Source: Vitreimonas sp. (GTDB lineage Bacteria > Patescibacteriota > Microgenomatia > UBA1400 > PJMF01). From it: DNA of 64,000 nucleotides. Position numbers and translations under genes: made by a program. Each line of letters begins with the position of its first letter. Position 1 is the first letter of the stretch. Shown piece after piece: positions 1 through 10,815 of the stretch. The stretch lies in NCBI GenBank assembly GCA_035627515.1, contig DASPLQ010000012.1:71269-135268 (forward strand). Reading direction: 5' to 3'. Under the pieces are notes generated by a model. The model was not told the DNA's origin. It did not search any database and saw only the letters and a list, made by a program, of their open reading frames with translations.

Positions 1-27
1 AGCCTAGTGGAAAAAGTGCGGGGTTAA
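1..27 (+). CDS. 3' end of upstream gene, probably ribosomal protein L20 (partial)
   Basis: Reads SLVEKVRG*, resembling L20 C-termini; rplT-pheS is a common adjacency. Only 8 codons are visible. Confidence 0.4.
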   Translation, partial: SLVEKVRG

Positions 28-55
28 CGCTCAAAGTAATTAGTTAGAAATAGAA

Positions 56-87
56 GCCCCCCGCTCAGCGGGGGGCGTTTTGGTTTT
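56..87 (+). terminator. Intrinsic terminator
   Basis: GCCCCCCGC-TCA-GCGGGGGGC followed by GTTTTGGTTTT. Confidence 0.8.
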
Positions 88-145
88 AAAGGAATTTAGT
101 TAAACACAAAGAAGGGAAGAAAGGTACAATAAGGATTACTCAACT

Positions 146-1258
146 ATGTCAACACTCAACGACCTCACTTCACAAATCGAAAGCATCAAAGCTCACCTTC
201 AAGCCGACCTCACTGAAAACGCACCCACTCTCGAAACTAAGTATCTGGGCAAAAAAGGCCTATTTAATGAGATGGCTAAAAGCATTAAAGATGTGGCAGT
301 CGAGAGTCGCAAAGAAGCCGGACAGTTACTAAATGAACTAAAGGTTCATTTGGAAACACAAATTCAAGCTCATACTGCTCAGCAAGCTACTACTCAAGAT
401 TGGATTGACCTGACTATGCCCGGCCAACAACCAAAGGTCGGTCACGTGCATCCCGTTTCACAAGCGATGGAAGAAATTACTCATATTTTCGAACAGATTG
501 GTTTTACCCGCGTCCGCTATCCGGAAGTCGATTGGGATTGGTATCCATTTGAGTCGTTAAACATGCCTCCTGACCACCCGGCTCGCGATGAATGGGAAAC
601 CTTTTTTGTAGACGTGCCTGATAATTCAAAAGGCGTGGCCTACGATGCTAATGATCCTCGTAAACGTCACCCCAGCTTAGTGGGTGGCGGCAAGATGGTC
701 CTCACCCCTCATACGTCTAATGGTCAAGTTCGTGAAATGGAGCGTCTCAACAGTCAGCCACCGATGCGGATGATTAACATTGCCCGGTGCTACCGTCGGC
801 AACAAGACGCGACTCACACCCAAATGTTTCACCAGTTTGAAGGCCTAGTGGTAGATAAGGGCATTAATATCCAACACCTTAAAGGCACCCTGGATTACTT
901 TGCCCAACAATTTTATGGCCCAGGTACCAAAAGTCGAATTCGACCATTTCACTTTCAATTTACCGAACCATCCTTCGAGGTAGATTTTAGTTGTCATGTC
1001 TGTAGTGGCACCGGCAAAGTAACTCGTGATGGGGAAGAGCAGAAGTGTCGGTTTTGTAAATCCGGCTGGCATGAAGTTGGAGGCGCCGGGATGGTCCATC
1101 CTAATGTTTTAAAAGCTGGCGGAATTGATCCCAGTAAATATACCGGCTTTGCCTTTGGCTGGGGCATCGAGCGCACGTACACCCTCAAAGAGGGTCTCAA
1201 AATTGATGACATCCGCTTACTTTATAGCGGTGATCTCAGATTTTTGGAGCAATTTTAA
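146..1258 (+). CDS. pheS: Phenylalanyl-tRNA synthetase alpha subunit
   Basis: HPAR, THTQMFHQFEG, FQFTEPS, GAGMVHPNVL and GFAFGWGIER class II motifs. Confidence 0.97.
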   Translation: MSTLNDLTSQIESIKAHLQADLTENAPTLETKYLGKKGLFNEMAKSIKDVAVESRKEAGQLLNELKVHLETQIQAHTAQQATTQDWIDLTMPGQQPKVGHVHPVSQAMEEITHIFEQIGFTRVRYPEVDWDWYPFESLNMPPDHPARDEWETFFVDVPDNSKGVAYDANDPRKRHPSLVGGGKMVLTPHTSNGQVREMERLNSQPPMRMINIARCYRRQQDATHTQMFHQFEGLVVDKGINIQHLKGTLDYFAQQFYGPGTKSRIRPFHFQFTEPSFEVDFSCHVCSGTGKVTRDGEEQKCRFCKSGWHEVGGAGMVHPNVLKAGGIDPSKYTGFAFGWGIERTYTLKEGLKIDDIRLLYSGDLRFLEQF

Positions 1259-1271
1259 ATTAATTGAATAT

Positions 1272-1856
1272 ATGTCAGATCGATTAAAAATTGTTGACAA
1301 AAAGTTGGCATTTTTCTCTGCAAATTCGTTCGAAGATCGAGAGCCTTCAGAAGAAAAACAGCGACGAGAATTATTAGATCAATTAACTAACTCTGGTGTT
1401 ACTGTTGAAACTACTATTCATGATCAGCCACTACAAATTCGCTTTGTAATAAATGGTCATGGCTCTATTAGACACGATATGCATATCTTTGCCAACAATA
1501 CTAAAATTGGACACATCTCCTTTGATATGAATGAAACAAAAAAAGAACTCTATATTCACAGTAAAAAAATCAAAGAAGAATATCAAGGAAAAGGAATCAT
1601 GGCTGCCGGAAGTTCCCTAGTAGCTGAGTTTGCTAAACAACACCAAATCACAAAAATGAGTGGTCTGATGCATATTAGTAATAGACGCTCAATTAAGTCT
1701 CGAGAAGGAATTGTTGACCTTTTCACAGGGATATCATATGACGTGAGTTTTCATTCTGAACCCTATAACTCCATCATCGTCACAACCCATTTAACCCCCC
1801 GGAACCCTCTTTTAAGAATAATAGATCACTTAAGAAGAAAGAAATTAGGCCTATGA
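1272..1856 (+). CDS. GNAT-fold hypothetical protein inserted between pheS and pheT
   Basis: EEYQGKGI acetyl-CoA motif A; AT-rich; start taken at ATG 1272 after the pheS stop; stop overlaps the pheT ATG. Confidence 0.6.
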   Translation: MSDRLKIVDKKLAFFSANSFEDREPSEEKQRRELLDQLTNSGVTVETTIHDQPLQIRFVINGHGSIRHDMHIFANNTKIGHISFDMNETKKELYIHSKKIKEEYQGKGIMAAGSSLVAEFAKQHQITKMSGLMHISNRRSIKSREGIVDLFTGISYDVSFHSEPYNSIIVTTHLTPRNPLLRIIDHLRRKKLGL

Positions 1857-3880
1857 ACATCCTTATTCCTCATTCATGGTTAACCGAATATTTAGATACC
1901 GACGCTGCCCCAGAAGAAATTCAAAAGCAGGTCTCACTCTGTGGTCCTTCTGTAGAGCGGATTTATGAGCGGGAAGGTGAACCAGTTTATGATATTGAAG
2001 TCACCACCAACCGTGTGGACAGTATGTCAGTGCGGGGGATTGCGCGCGAAGCAGCGGTGATCTTGCAACAATTTGGAGTGAAGGCTTCATTGAATAATTC
2101 CCGCATGGTAGAACTGGAAAAAATGGCTCAAGAGTTAAAGCCTAGCGTAGAACTACCTTTGCCTCAAATTGTCAGTCCTCCTGGGTTATATAAGCGCACG
2201 CTGGGAATTGTGTTAGCCAATGTCAAACGGACACCGACTCCTGACTGGATGGCCAAACGTTTATTACAAATTGACCAGCATGTTCACGACAGTGTCATCG
2301 ATATTTCTAATTACATCACTCATGAACTTGGTCATCCGTGTCATGCTTTTGATTATGACAAGGTGATGGAGCTGGGTGGAAAATTTATCATCAAAGAAGC
2401 AGAAGCTGGTAAAAAATTTGTGATGTTAGATGGAGCCGAATACGAAACGGTGGGTGGAGAAATCGTCTTTGAAAATCAAGCTGGAGAGATCATTGATTTG
2501 CCAAGTATTAAAGGCACACTCAACACTTCAATTAATCAAAGTACGAAAAATGTGTTTTTATTTGTGGAAGACATTGATCCTAAAAAGGTCCGGTTTGCTT
2601 CCATGACACATGCCATCAGAACCGTAGCCGCTCAACTGTTAGAAAAAAATGTCGATCCAGCCACGGGCTATGATGTGATGTTGAGAGGGATTCAGCTTTA
2701 CCAAGAGTTGTGTGATGCACAAATCGCCAGCACTTTATATGATGACTTTCCTGGTAAGCGCACACTCGAATCAGTCACCGTCGCCCATGAAACTATTAAC
2801 CAATACTTAGGAATCAAGTTACCCACAGAGCAGATTGTTAAAATTCTTAGTGATCTTGGTTGTCAAGTCACCACTGCTGAACAAGCAGAGGGAATTACCT
2901 TCACGGTCACGCCGCCTACTTTCCGACCCGATATCACTATCCCCGCTGACGTTGTCGAAGAAATTGCTCGGATTTACGGCTATCACAACTTACCAAGTGT
3001 GATCATGCCAACTGCTATTCCTTTGATAAAACCAGAAGGTATGGACTTTGCGATCGAAAATCGTCTCAAGCGCTTCTTAGCCGCCATTGGTTGGCAGGAA
3101 GTCTATACGTACTCCATGGTCAGTGAGCATATTGCTCTCGAATCTGGATATAAACTTGACCAACATTTGAAACTCCAAAACCCGCTCACTGATGATCGAG
3201 TGTACTTACGGCGATCACTATTACCTTCATTGCGAGAAATTTTGACTCAAAATAGCTCTCAACCTGAGTTATCAGTCTTCGAGTTAGCACATACATATGA
3301 GCCCCAAACTGATCAGCTACCTAATCAAGAACTAGTGTTAGCTTTGGTATCTACCCGACCTTACAGACAAGTCAAAGGTGAGTGGGAGGCATTACTACGA
3401 CAATTTTTTGTCACCAACGTGCACACCAAGGTGAATGATCACGTTACTGCCTTATACTCACAATCAGCTACAGTCTGTGTTACTAACGATCACCAGCAAA
3501 TGGTGGAATTAGGTACTATTGGTGTTCTCAAAACTGGACAAACGGTCATTGAGGCGAGTTTCAAAAACTTGTTACACGTATTAAAGACTCATCCCACGTA
3601 TCAGCCGATTCCCAAGACTAGTCCGGTATTAGAAGATTTAACATTTACGATCCCACCTCAAACGTTAGTAGGGGAAATCATGAGTGCAATCGGTACTGTT
3701 TCAAATTTGGTGACAGATGTTCAGTTGGCTGATGTATATCTCCAAAATTACACGTTTACGATTACCTATCATGATCCAGAACGTAACTTGACCAATGAGG
3801 TAGTAGAACCGATCCGCAAAGAAATTGTCAAAATTATTCAGCAACAATTTAAAGCGGATTTAGTTGGCAAAATTGAGTAG
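1853..3880 (+). CDS. pheT: Phenylalanyl-tRNA synthetase beta subunit (short form, B2 domain absent)
   Basis: IEVTTNRVD, PTFRPDITIPADVVEEIARIYGY and LQNPL..LRRSLLP motifs. Confidence 0.95.
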   Translation: MNILIPHSWLTEYLDTDAAPEEIQKQVSLCGPSVERIYEREGEPVYDIEVTTNRVDSMSVRGIAREAAVILQQFGVKASLNNSRMVELEKMAQELKPSVELPLPQIVSPPGLYKRTLGIVLANVKRTPTPDWMAKRLLQIDQHVHDSVIDISNYITHELGHPCHAFDYDKVMELGGKFIIKEAEAGKKFVMLDGAEYETVGGEIVFENQAGEIIDLPSIKGTLNTSINQSTKNVFLFVEDIDPKKVRFASMTHAIRTVAAQLLEKNVDPATGYDVMLRGIQLYQELCDAQIASTLYDDFPGKRTLESVTVAHETINQYLGIKLPTEQIVKILSDLGCQVTTAEQAEGITFTVTPPTFRPDITIPADVVEEIARIYGYHNLPSVIMPTAIPLIKPEGMDFAIENRLKRFLAAIGWQEVYTYSMVSEHIALESGYKLDQHLKLQNPLTDDRVYLRRSLLPSLREILTQNSSQPELSVFELAHTYEPQTDQLPNQELVLALVSTRPYRQVKGEWEALLRQFFVTNVHTKVNDHVTALYSQSATVCVTNDHQQMVELGTIGVLKTGQTVIEASFKNLLHVLKTHPTYQPIPKTSPVLEDLTFTIPPQTLVGEIMSAIGTVSNLVTDVQLADVYLQNYTFTITYHDPERNLTNEVVEPIRKEIVKIIQQQFKADLVGKIE

Positions 3881-3889
3881 AATAGAGTC

Positions 3890-5164
3890 ATGCCTCACTT
3901 TTTGAGACGGGAATGGATTGCTTCCGGGCTGATAGCTGCGATTATTTTTACTGCTCCATTTAATTTGTTTTTTAAATTAACAATCAGTGACGCTTACGTT
4001 CATGGCTTATTAGTTGATTACCTCATTCCCAAGTTTTATATCAGTGATTTATTTATCCTGGCGCTGTTAATGTGGTGGGGGATAAATAAACTTGGCTCAC
4101 GATTCAAAAATTGGCGGCCGTCGATAGTATCATTAGCCACGCTAGTGCTCATAATGCTGCTAGTGTTAAGACAATTTTTTACTACACATAATCTAGCGAG
4201 CCTGTGGTTTGGTGTGAAGTTATTGGAGTTTATCAGCTTGGTTTTTGTCACACTTCAATACAAGAAAGTGTTTAAAGAAATGCTTTTTTATGGTGCTATT
4301 ATCAGCGCACTTATCCTGCAATCGCTATTAGGGAGTTATCAATTTATATACCAGCACTCACTCGCCCCATATTATTTTTTTGGTGAAGTTGACTTTAAAC
4401 ATAGTCTAGGATTAGCCAAAGACACGTTTAATGATCATGAAAAAATCTTGCCGTATGGCAGCACCGCCCATCCCAATATTTTAGCTGGGATGATCGTCGT
4501 GTACTGGCTGATAGCTTCACTCTGGTTATTAAAGCATCAACCCCAAACAAAACCAGTTCGATTTATATGGTTACTAGCCACTTTAATTGGCGGAAGTGTG
4601 CTGTTCCTCACTCAATCATTCTCAGCTATGGCTATGCTCATCACTGGTATAGTGGCGATGATAATGAATACTCTCAACTGGCCAACAAAAAAAAGTACCG
4701 CTATTAAAATACTATCGATTATCAGCTGCCTAGTGCTCATACCAGGGCTGATGTATATCCTCAGTTCCCGATATGATGATGTATCAATTACCCGCCGCAA
4801 CTACCTAAATCAAGCAGCGATAAAAATGTTCCTTGACCAACCATTACTGGGGGTGGGGTTAAACAACTTTACTGCTCACGTGGAGGAACATAGTCCGAGT
4901 CGGGAAGTAGTGCGTTTTGTCCAACCAGTTCATCATGTGGGGTTACTGTGGATAGCAGAAACCGGAGTGATTGGCTTGGGATGTATCATTTTGGGATTTG
5001 AGTATCTTCGACGCCATAGTAGCGTCACCACCGGCTTAGTAAATGCCCTTTTCATCCTTTGTCCCATTCTAGCCCTTGATCATTACTTGCTTACTAATCA
5101 ATTAGGTTTGTGGTTGCTGGTAATACTGAGCGCAGTTTTAATCCAACAACGGCGTTCGGCTTGA
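3890..5164 (+). CDS. O-antigen ligase (WaaL/Wzy_C) family membrane protein
   Basis: Multi-pass hydrophobic; HPNILAG, P.LGVGLNNF and QPVHH motifs. Confidence 0.8.
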   Translation: MPHFLRREWIASGLIAAIIFTAPFNLFFKLTISDAYVHGLLVDYLIPKFYISDLFILALLMWWGINKLGSRFKNWRPSIVSLATLVLIMLLVLRQFFTTHNLASLWFGVKLLEFISLVFVTLQYKKVFKEMLFYGAIISALILQSLLGSYQFIYQHSLAPYYFFGEVDFKHSLGLAKDTFNDHEKILPYGSTAHPNILAGMIVVYWLIASLWLLKHQPQTKPVRFIWLLATLIGGSVLFLTQSFSAMAMLITGIVAMIMNTLNWPTKKSTAIKILSIISCLVLIPGLMYILSSRYDDVSITRRNYLNQAAIKMFLDQPLLGVGLNNFTAHVEEHSPSREVVRFVQPVHHVGLLWIAETGVIGLGCIILGFEYLRRHSSVTTGLVNALFILCPILALDHYLLTNQLGLWLLVILSAVLIQQRRSA

Positions 5165-6850
5165 GCGGTCATAATTCTGGGCGCGTTGCTGTGGAGTCAA
5201 AAGGTCATATAACTTCCAGGATTGGGGTGCAACTTCTTTGATTTCTTCAATGGCAATGTGACGTCGAAGCAGTTGGTACGCTTGTTGCTCACCTAAGTTA
5301 GTCTGACGAGCTGGCCAGTTTGATTGATAGTCTGGACCAAAGAAAGTTGTTTGCTCTTCTTTGGTTCCATAACGCTTAGTTAAGGTCTCATAATTTCGAC
5401 GAATGTTAGCCAGGGTTTGATAGGCATACACAATATGCCGAGCTTCATCATCACTAAAACTCGTTTTATTCGCTAAAGCAGGGTCCATGACTACTTGACG
5501 AGCATGTTGATACGCTTCTACCCAGCCCTCAGCGCCATCCGCTGATAAGCGAGAAATATAGACATAATCCACTTCTTCATTAACCGTGGGTTTGAACGTA
5601 GTCGCGATTGAGTGATCGACGTTGATAAAAATAACCAAGAAAAGTGTGGCAATGGCAATGCCAATTTCATATACATACCACTCTTTAACCTTGTCTTTGA
5701 GGTGGCGCAAAATCAATACTACTGATAGCGCAATAATCATCAACAAGAACAATGAACCATAAATTCTGATCCGAGTTAAGCCATGCTCAGCTTGGTAAAG
5801 CAGCACGCGGCGAAAAATCGAGAAGATGAAAATTAAACTTTCGGAGAGTAATACTAAGTTAGCTTTTTTGAGTAACTGGGCTTGTTTATCAGCTTGGCGC
5901 AACACCAGCAAACTCGCCCCCACTACGGCATAGACGATACACGCCACCAATGTCAGTTCGCTAAATCCTCGGCGCACGTACTCAGAGTAGGTTTGGACGC
6001 CAAATTGGTGTAACTGAGTTTCAGGCACTGCGGCAAACAGATACCGGAATTGCACAATTAAAAATGCTCCCAGTACCACACTAACTGCGCCCACCACCAT
6101 CAGTGCTTCCACCGTGTATCGGCCCCAAGCGCTATTTTGTAAGGGAGATCGGAATCGCTCACGTATAGCCAACGTCACGGTCGGTAAGGCTATGCCCAAC
6201 ACAACTAGACTTTGAATCAATCGGTCAGGGAAAGTAATTACAAACCGGGGGAACTGGAAGGTGAAGATATTACTTAAGTATCGAGAAAAAATGGGATCAG
6301 CACTACCTAGCAGGCCGACAATTATCAACACGACTGGGACTGTTAAAATCAAGCCCCGCAGCACCGCTGAGCTCGTCGAGCTCTTTACTTCCCAACTCGG
6401 TAACAAACTCTGCACTAAACCACTAAACATTTTCCACCCGAGGGGCAATTTTTCCAACATCCGACCACCAGCTAATAACCAATTGAACACCAACTGCACT
6501 GGCACCATCACGAGCTCACTGAGAGCGCCAAATTGTGTATGCGTGAGGGCAAAGACATATAATCCTAAACCACTCAATGTAAGGCTGGCCAAACCCAATA
6601 ACTGTACGTCTACTTCATTGGCACGTAACACTGAAAAGGCAGCGCTCAGCACCGATAAGCCAATCGCGCTCAAAGCATAATTTTGTTTCTTGCTACTCTC
6701 AGGAGAAAAAAAGGACACCGCAATTACCGCATTGATCAAAACCATCAAGCCAAAATAAGCAATCGTACCCATCCCGGGAAGTGGGTGGTGATAAAAGAAA
6801 AAGTTAAAACCTGCTACTGCCAACGTCACCGCAATCAGTTTTTGGAGCAT
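5138..6850 (-). CDS. DUF4153/DUF4173-like membrane protein
   Basis: LLGSADPIF, TYSEYVRRGFSEL, HGLTRIRIY, DYVYISRLSAD; start placed 7 nt after a TATACT box. Confidence 0.75.
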   Translation of the reverse strand: MLQKLIAVTLAVAGFNFFFYHHPLPGMGTIAYFGLMVLINAVIAVSFFSPESSKKQNYALSAIGLSVLSAAFSVLRANEVDVQLLGLASLTLSGLGLYVFALTHTQFGALSELVMVPVQLVFNWLLAGGRMLEKLPLGWKMFSGLVQSLLPSWEVKSSTSSAVLRGLILTVPVVLIIVGLLGSADPIFSRYLSNIFTFQFPRFVITFPDRLIQSLVVLGIALPTVTLAIRERFRSPLQNSAWGRYTVEALMVVGAVSVVLGAFLIVQFRYLFAAVPETQLHQFGVQTYSEYVRRGFSELTLVACIVYAVVGASLLVLRQADKQAQLLKKANLVLLSESLIFIFSIFRRVLLYQAEHGLTRIRIYGSLFLLMIIALSVVLILRHLKDKVKEWYVYEIGIAIATLFLVIFINVDHSIATTFKPTVNEEVDYVYISRLSADGAEGWVEAYQHARQVVMDPALANKTSFSDDEARHIVYAYQTLANIRRNYETLTKRYGTKEEQTTFFGPDYQSNWPARQTNLGEQQAYQLLRRHIAIEEIKEVAPQSWKLYDLLTPQQRAQNYDRSSRTPLLD

Positions 6851-6923
6851 AGATTCCAGTATATCAGATGCTGTCAAAAAAAGAGTGGTTTTAGTGAAGA
6901 ATTAGTGTAAAATCCATAGAAAT

Positions 6924-8042
6924 ATGCCACAAGAAACCCTTGGCCCCTTAACTGAAGGTAAACTAATTGGACATCTCATTCGTGGGACAGAAAGAGCTCC
7001 CATTCGTTTTGCAGATTTACCTGAGCATATTGATCTATCAGGTATCTTATTAAAAAGAGCTCAATATATATGGGAAGTATCAAGTGAAGATCCACAACTG
7101 AGGGAACACGCTCTCAATGGGGTTACCAAATATGATCGGAAACTACACCTAGATAAAACTCCTATTGTAGGAAATGTAGAAAGTGTGGTAATTTTTACGC
7201 CTGCTGTAGGGGTTTCAGGGCGCGTATTAAGCATCCACTCTCATGCTATTTTAGACACTCCACCATCTGGGGTTGATATTGCCAATTTATTAAGAGGTTC
7301 ACAAGGATATCAGGGGATGTGGATAACAACTGCTTCGGCAGATTTTTTCATTGTCAGAACTGATCAAACGCCTATCTATGCTAATACCGAAACTTTATTA
7401 GAAAAGGCAGAAGATTATGAAAGTGGACGACACCTTCTTACTTCGCAACGACAAAGTCAAAGCTTTTATGAGACCGTAAAAAATCAGGTTGAAAACAACA
7501 GTTTAGATGGTGATCATTTATCAAGCCTTCATAATCAACAACTGATCGTAAAAAATACATTGGCTGCCAGTTTTTCTCTCACTTTCTGCACTAAACATAG
7601 CATTGGTTTTTATTACTCTCCCAAAAGCGGTTTATTCACTAGAGTAACTCATGTCGATCAACTCGCAAACTATATTACTCCTCTTAAAAATTTGATTGGG
7701 GATGATATCGAGCACTTAAAAAGAAAACGGCAACTAGAACTTAATCCTGAGCTCAGAAAAGTTAAAGTTGAGTCGTTAAGTCCTGCTTTTACTATTGCTA
7801 TGTGGGAAAAAATAAAAAACTATATTGGAAGTGATGTAGCAAAACCATTTTTCCCTGATGGTGTAGAGCCCATAATTGAGGCCTACAACACATATCATCA
7901 GCTTCAACTGACAGAGACAGAGTTTTTAGCCCTTGTTCTAGAAAAAAATGACTACAATCCTGACCAAAACAATGAAACTTTTTCCCCAATCCATGGCTTT
8001 CTCATGATTGCTCAAGAGTTAGGGCTCCTCAAGGAAAATTAA
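6924..8042 (+). CDS. Hypothetical protein with JAMM/MPN+ (JAB) metal-binding motif
   Basis: E...HSH-x7-S-x2-D (REHA...SIHSHAILDTPPSGVD). Confidence 0.6.
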   Translation: MPQETLGPLTEGKLIGHLIRGTERAPIRFADLPEHIDLSGILLKRAQYIWEVSSEDPQLREHALNGVTKYDRKLHLDKTPIVGNVESVVIFTPAVGVSGRVLSIHSHAILDTPPSGVDIANLLRGSQGYQGMWITTASADFFIVRTDQTPIYANTETLLEKAEDYESGRHLLTSQRQSQSFYETVKNQVENNSLDGDHLSSLHNQQLIVKNTLAASFSLTFCTKHSIGFYYSPKSGLFTRVTHVDQLANYITPLKNLIGDDIEHLKRKRQLELNPELRKVKVESLSPAFTIAMWEKIKNYIGSDVAKPFFPDGVEPIIEAYNTYHQLQLTETEFLALVLEKNDYNPDQNNETFSPIHGFLMIAQELGLLKEN

Positions 8043-8050
8043 AAAAACTT

Positions 8051-10795
8051 CTAGGGACTAACACTGGGACTGGGCAACGCCACCGGACTTGCCGAAGGAC
8101 TCGGCGACGGGCTGGGTGAGGCGGAAGGTGACGGCTGTGGTGTTGGAGAAGGGCTCGGCGACGGCTCAGGTCGTTTCCACTCCTGACCACCGGTCCCAAT
8201 CCGTGAGCGATTACTCTCGACTTCTTTACCGTTTCTGCCTTTAGCTTTAGCATAGATTTCATGTTGGCCCGCTGAGAGTTTAATTGTTCCACGATAGGAA
8301 CGGTTATTAATGGTTTCTTTGAGGCTGCCATCTACCCAAATTTCAATTTTTTCAATGCCATCACCAGAGTCAGCGTCGATTGCCACTTCCACATCTTCAG
8401 TACTAAATGTGCGCTCATTTTCTGGTTTCACTAAGCGCACCGAGACGTCACTTTGTTCACCACAGTACTCAGTGGGAGGTTTATATTTATCATCAGTTTG
8501 TGCTCCCACCCAAGCATCAATACCTTGTTGCCACCGATTAATACCATCTTTGCTAACCGGGTCACTTTCTTTAAACACAAAGTAGTTTTTCTCGTCATAG
8601 TCAGCTGAGGCAATTTTGGCATCTGTTGCTAACTTATTTTCACCTTTACAGACTTTAAGCTTGGTATTAATAGGGTCGGGGAGTGCAGGCAAAGTGCCTT
8701 TGATAGCAATGTCTTTGCGACTGGGCAGATCATCATGAGCCGGGTAACCAGACACTGCATCCACAGTGACTTCTTCCACATTTTCCGGCCGCTCCCAATC
8801 AGGAGCTGAAAAACCATTCTTTAAGGCATGATCAATAATTTTACGCCAAATAGGTGAGGCACCGGTAATACCCGAGGCAACTCGCGTCATTTCACTGTTA
8901 TCGTTGTTACCCACCCAAACACCCACCATCACTTCCTGACTCCATCCAATCGTCCAGTTGTCACGACGATCATTAGTAGTACCGGTTTTGACGGCAATGG
9001 CTTTACCAGTATTGAGCAACGAGTTAGCGCCGAAGGCCAATAACCGTGCATTGTTGTCACTCAGGACATTGTTAATCAGATACGCTTCTTCCGGGGTGAT
9101 AACTTCGCGACCATCCACTGGGCGGTGTTCAAACAATAGTTTGCCATTACTATCTTCCACTTTCAAAATCGCTACCGGTTCTACTTTGCGGCCGCCATTG
9201 GCGAACGCACTGTAAGCGGTGACGGTATCAATTAAATGCACTTCACCACCACCTAACGTCACGGATAAGCCTAAGCGTCGTAAGTTCTCTTCGCTTGGCT
9301 CAAGGGTAGGGAAGCCCATGTCATAAGCCAGCTGTAAGAAATTTTCCACCCCCACGATGCCCACCCCTTTCACTGCCGGAATGTTGAGAGAGCTACCCAA
9401 GGCTGTGCGCAAATTGACGGGACCGTGAAACTTGCCATCGTAGTTTTTGGGGTTGTAAGGTTTTTCGACTTGGTTAGCGGCAAAGGTAGTTTCTACGTCC
9501 ATCAACATACTTGCTGGCGTATAACCCATCTTAAACAAACCTAAATAAGTCAGCGGCTTAATTGATGATCCAGGTTGACGCAAACCATCTGCTGCCACGT
9601 TATATTGGCCATCAATGTCTTCAGCAAAGTAATCCTTACTACCCACCATACTCAAAATTTCACCCGTTTTAGGGTTAGTGACCATGGCGGCACCGTTGGT
9701 GATATTAAACTCCAAGACTTTTTCAATTTCCTCAGCCACAATTTTTTGGGCCTCAGCATGGAGGGGAAGATCGAGAGTAGTGGTCACTTTTAAACCCCCT
9801 TTTTCAGTCAATTCTTCACCATACATCTCAATTAATTTATCGCGGACAAAAAATACAAAATGAGGGGCTTTAATCTCGGTTTTAGCGCGTTGAAAAACGA
9901 TGGTGTCAAGCTCACTGAGGGACTGTTCATATGCTAAGTCAGTAACATATCCATCTTCTTTCATCCGCCGTAGTACGCCTTTAGCACGCATCTTCCATAG
10001 TGGCTCACCATTTTCATCGCTTTTGCCGCTGTATGGTGAATAAGCTGAAGGCCGCTGCGGGAGACCAGCCAAGATGACTGACTCAGTCAGAGTCACTTGC
10101 GAAACGGGTTTATTAAAATAAATTTCTGAAGCAGTGCCAACCCCCCAGGCAGTACCGCCATAGGGAGCTTCATTGAGGTACATTTCTAAAATTTGATCTT
10201 TGGTAAAAGTTCTTTCAATTTGTAATGACAACACAAACTCGCGAAACTTGCGCGGTAAACTTCGTTCATTGGTCAGGAGCACATTTTTGACCAGCTGTTG
10301 AGTCAGGGTAGAGCCACCCACCACCCGCCGGCGCACAATTAAGTTATAAGGAATTCTGACAATAGTTAAGAAATCAAAACCTTGATGTTTATAAAAATCT
10401 TTATCTTCAGTAGCAATGGTCGCTTGTTTGAGCGTTTCCGGAATTTGATCGATAGTGACCGGCACCCGCCGTTCTTCATCAAATAAATCATAGAGAAGCT
10501 CGCCATTGCGATCATAAATCCGAGTACTGAAGCCATCGCGACGAACTACCTGACCAGGTTTAGGTAGATCGCGAGAGTACCAGGCAAATAAAATAAAAAA
10601 TAGCACAATGCCAAGGGCTACACACGCCATGGCGCCAATCGCCATCCACCAAAAAAATGTAATCATTTGCAAACGTTTCTCAGCCGGAGTCAGACGTTGA
10701 TATCGTGACCGACCACGACGAAAACGCGACTTCATCCATCTGAAGGGAGCAGTTAGAGTGTCTTGAATAGCACCAATATTGATTTCTAGTTCCAT
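8051..10795 (-). CDS. Class A bifunctional penicillin-binding protein (PBP1A family)
   Basis: TEDKDFYKH and GGSTLTQQLVKN (transglycosylase); PGSSIK, SLN and KTG (transpeptidase); Ig-like domain and (SP)n tail. Confidence 0.93.
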   Translation of the reverse strand: MELEINIGAIQDTLTAPFRWMKSRFRRGRSRYQRLTPAEKRLQMITFFWWMAIGAMACVALGIVLFFILFAWYSRDLPKPGQVVRRDGFSTRIYDRNGELLYDLFDEERRVPVTIDQIPETLKQATIATEDKDFYKHQGFDFLTIVRIPYNLIVRRRVVGGSTLTQQLVKNVLLTNERSLPRKFREFVLSLQIERTFTKDQILEMYLNEAPYGGTAWGVGTASEIYFNKPVSQVTLTESVILAGLPQRPSAYSPYSGKSDENGEPLWKMRAKGVLRRMKEDGYVTDLAYEQSLSELDTIVFQRAKTEIKAPHFVFFVRDKLIEMYGEELTEKGGLKVTTTLDLPLHAEAQKIVAEEIEKVLEFNITNGAAMVTNPKTGEILSMVGSKDYFAEDIDGQYNVAADGLRQPGSSIKPLTYLGLFKMGYTPASMLMDVETTFAANQVEKPYNPKNYDGKFHGPVNLRTALGSSLNIPAVKGVGIVGVENFLQLAYDMGFPTLEPSEENLRRLGLSVTLGGGEVHLIDTVTAYSAFANGGRKVEPVAILKVEDSNGKLLFEHRPVDGREVITPEEAYLINNVLSDNNARLLAFGANSLLNTGKAIAVKTGTTNDRRDNWTIGWSQEVMVGVWVGNNDNSEMTRVASGITGASPIWRKIIDHALKNGFSAPDWERPENVEEVTVDAVSGYPAHDDLPSRKDIAIKGTLPALPDPINTKLKVCKGENKLATDAKIASADYDEKNYFVFKESDPVSKDGINRWQQGIDAWVGAQTDDKYKPPTEYCGEQSDVSVRLVKPENERTFSTEDVEVAIDADSGDGIEKIEIWVDGSLKETINNRSYRGTIKLSAGQHEIYAKAKGRNGKEVESNRSRIGTGGQEWKRPEPSPSPSPTPQPSPSASPSPSPSPSASPVALPSPSVSP

Positions 10796-10815
10796 GACCT
10801 AGACATTGTAGCAGG

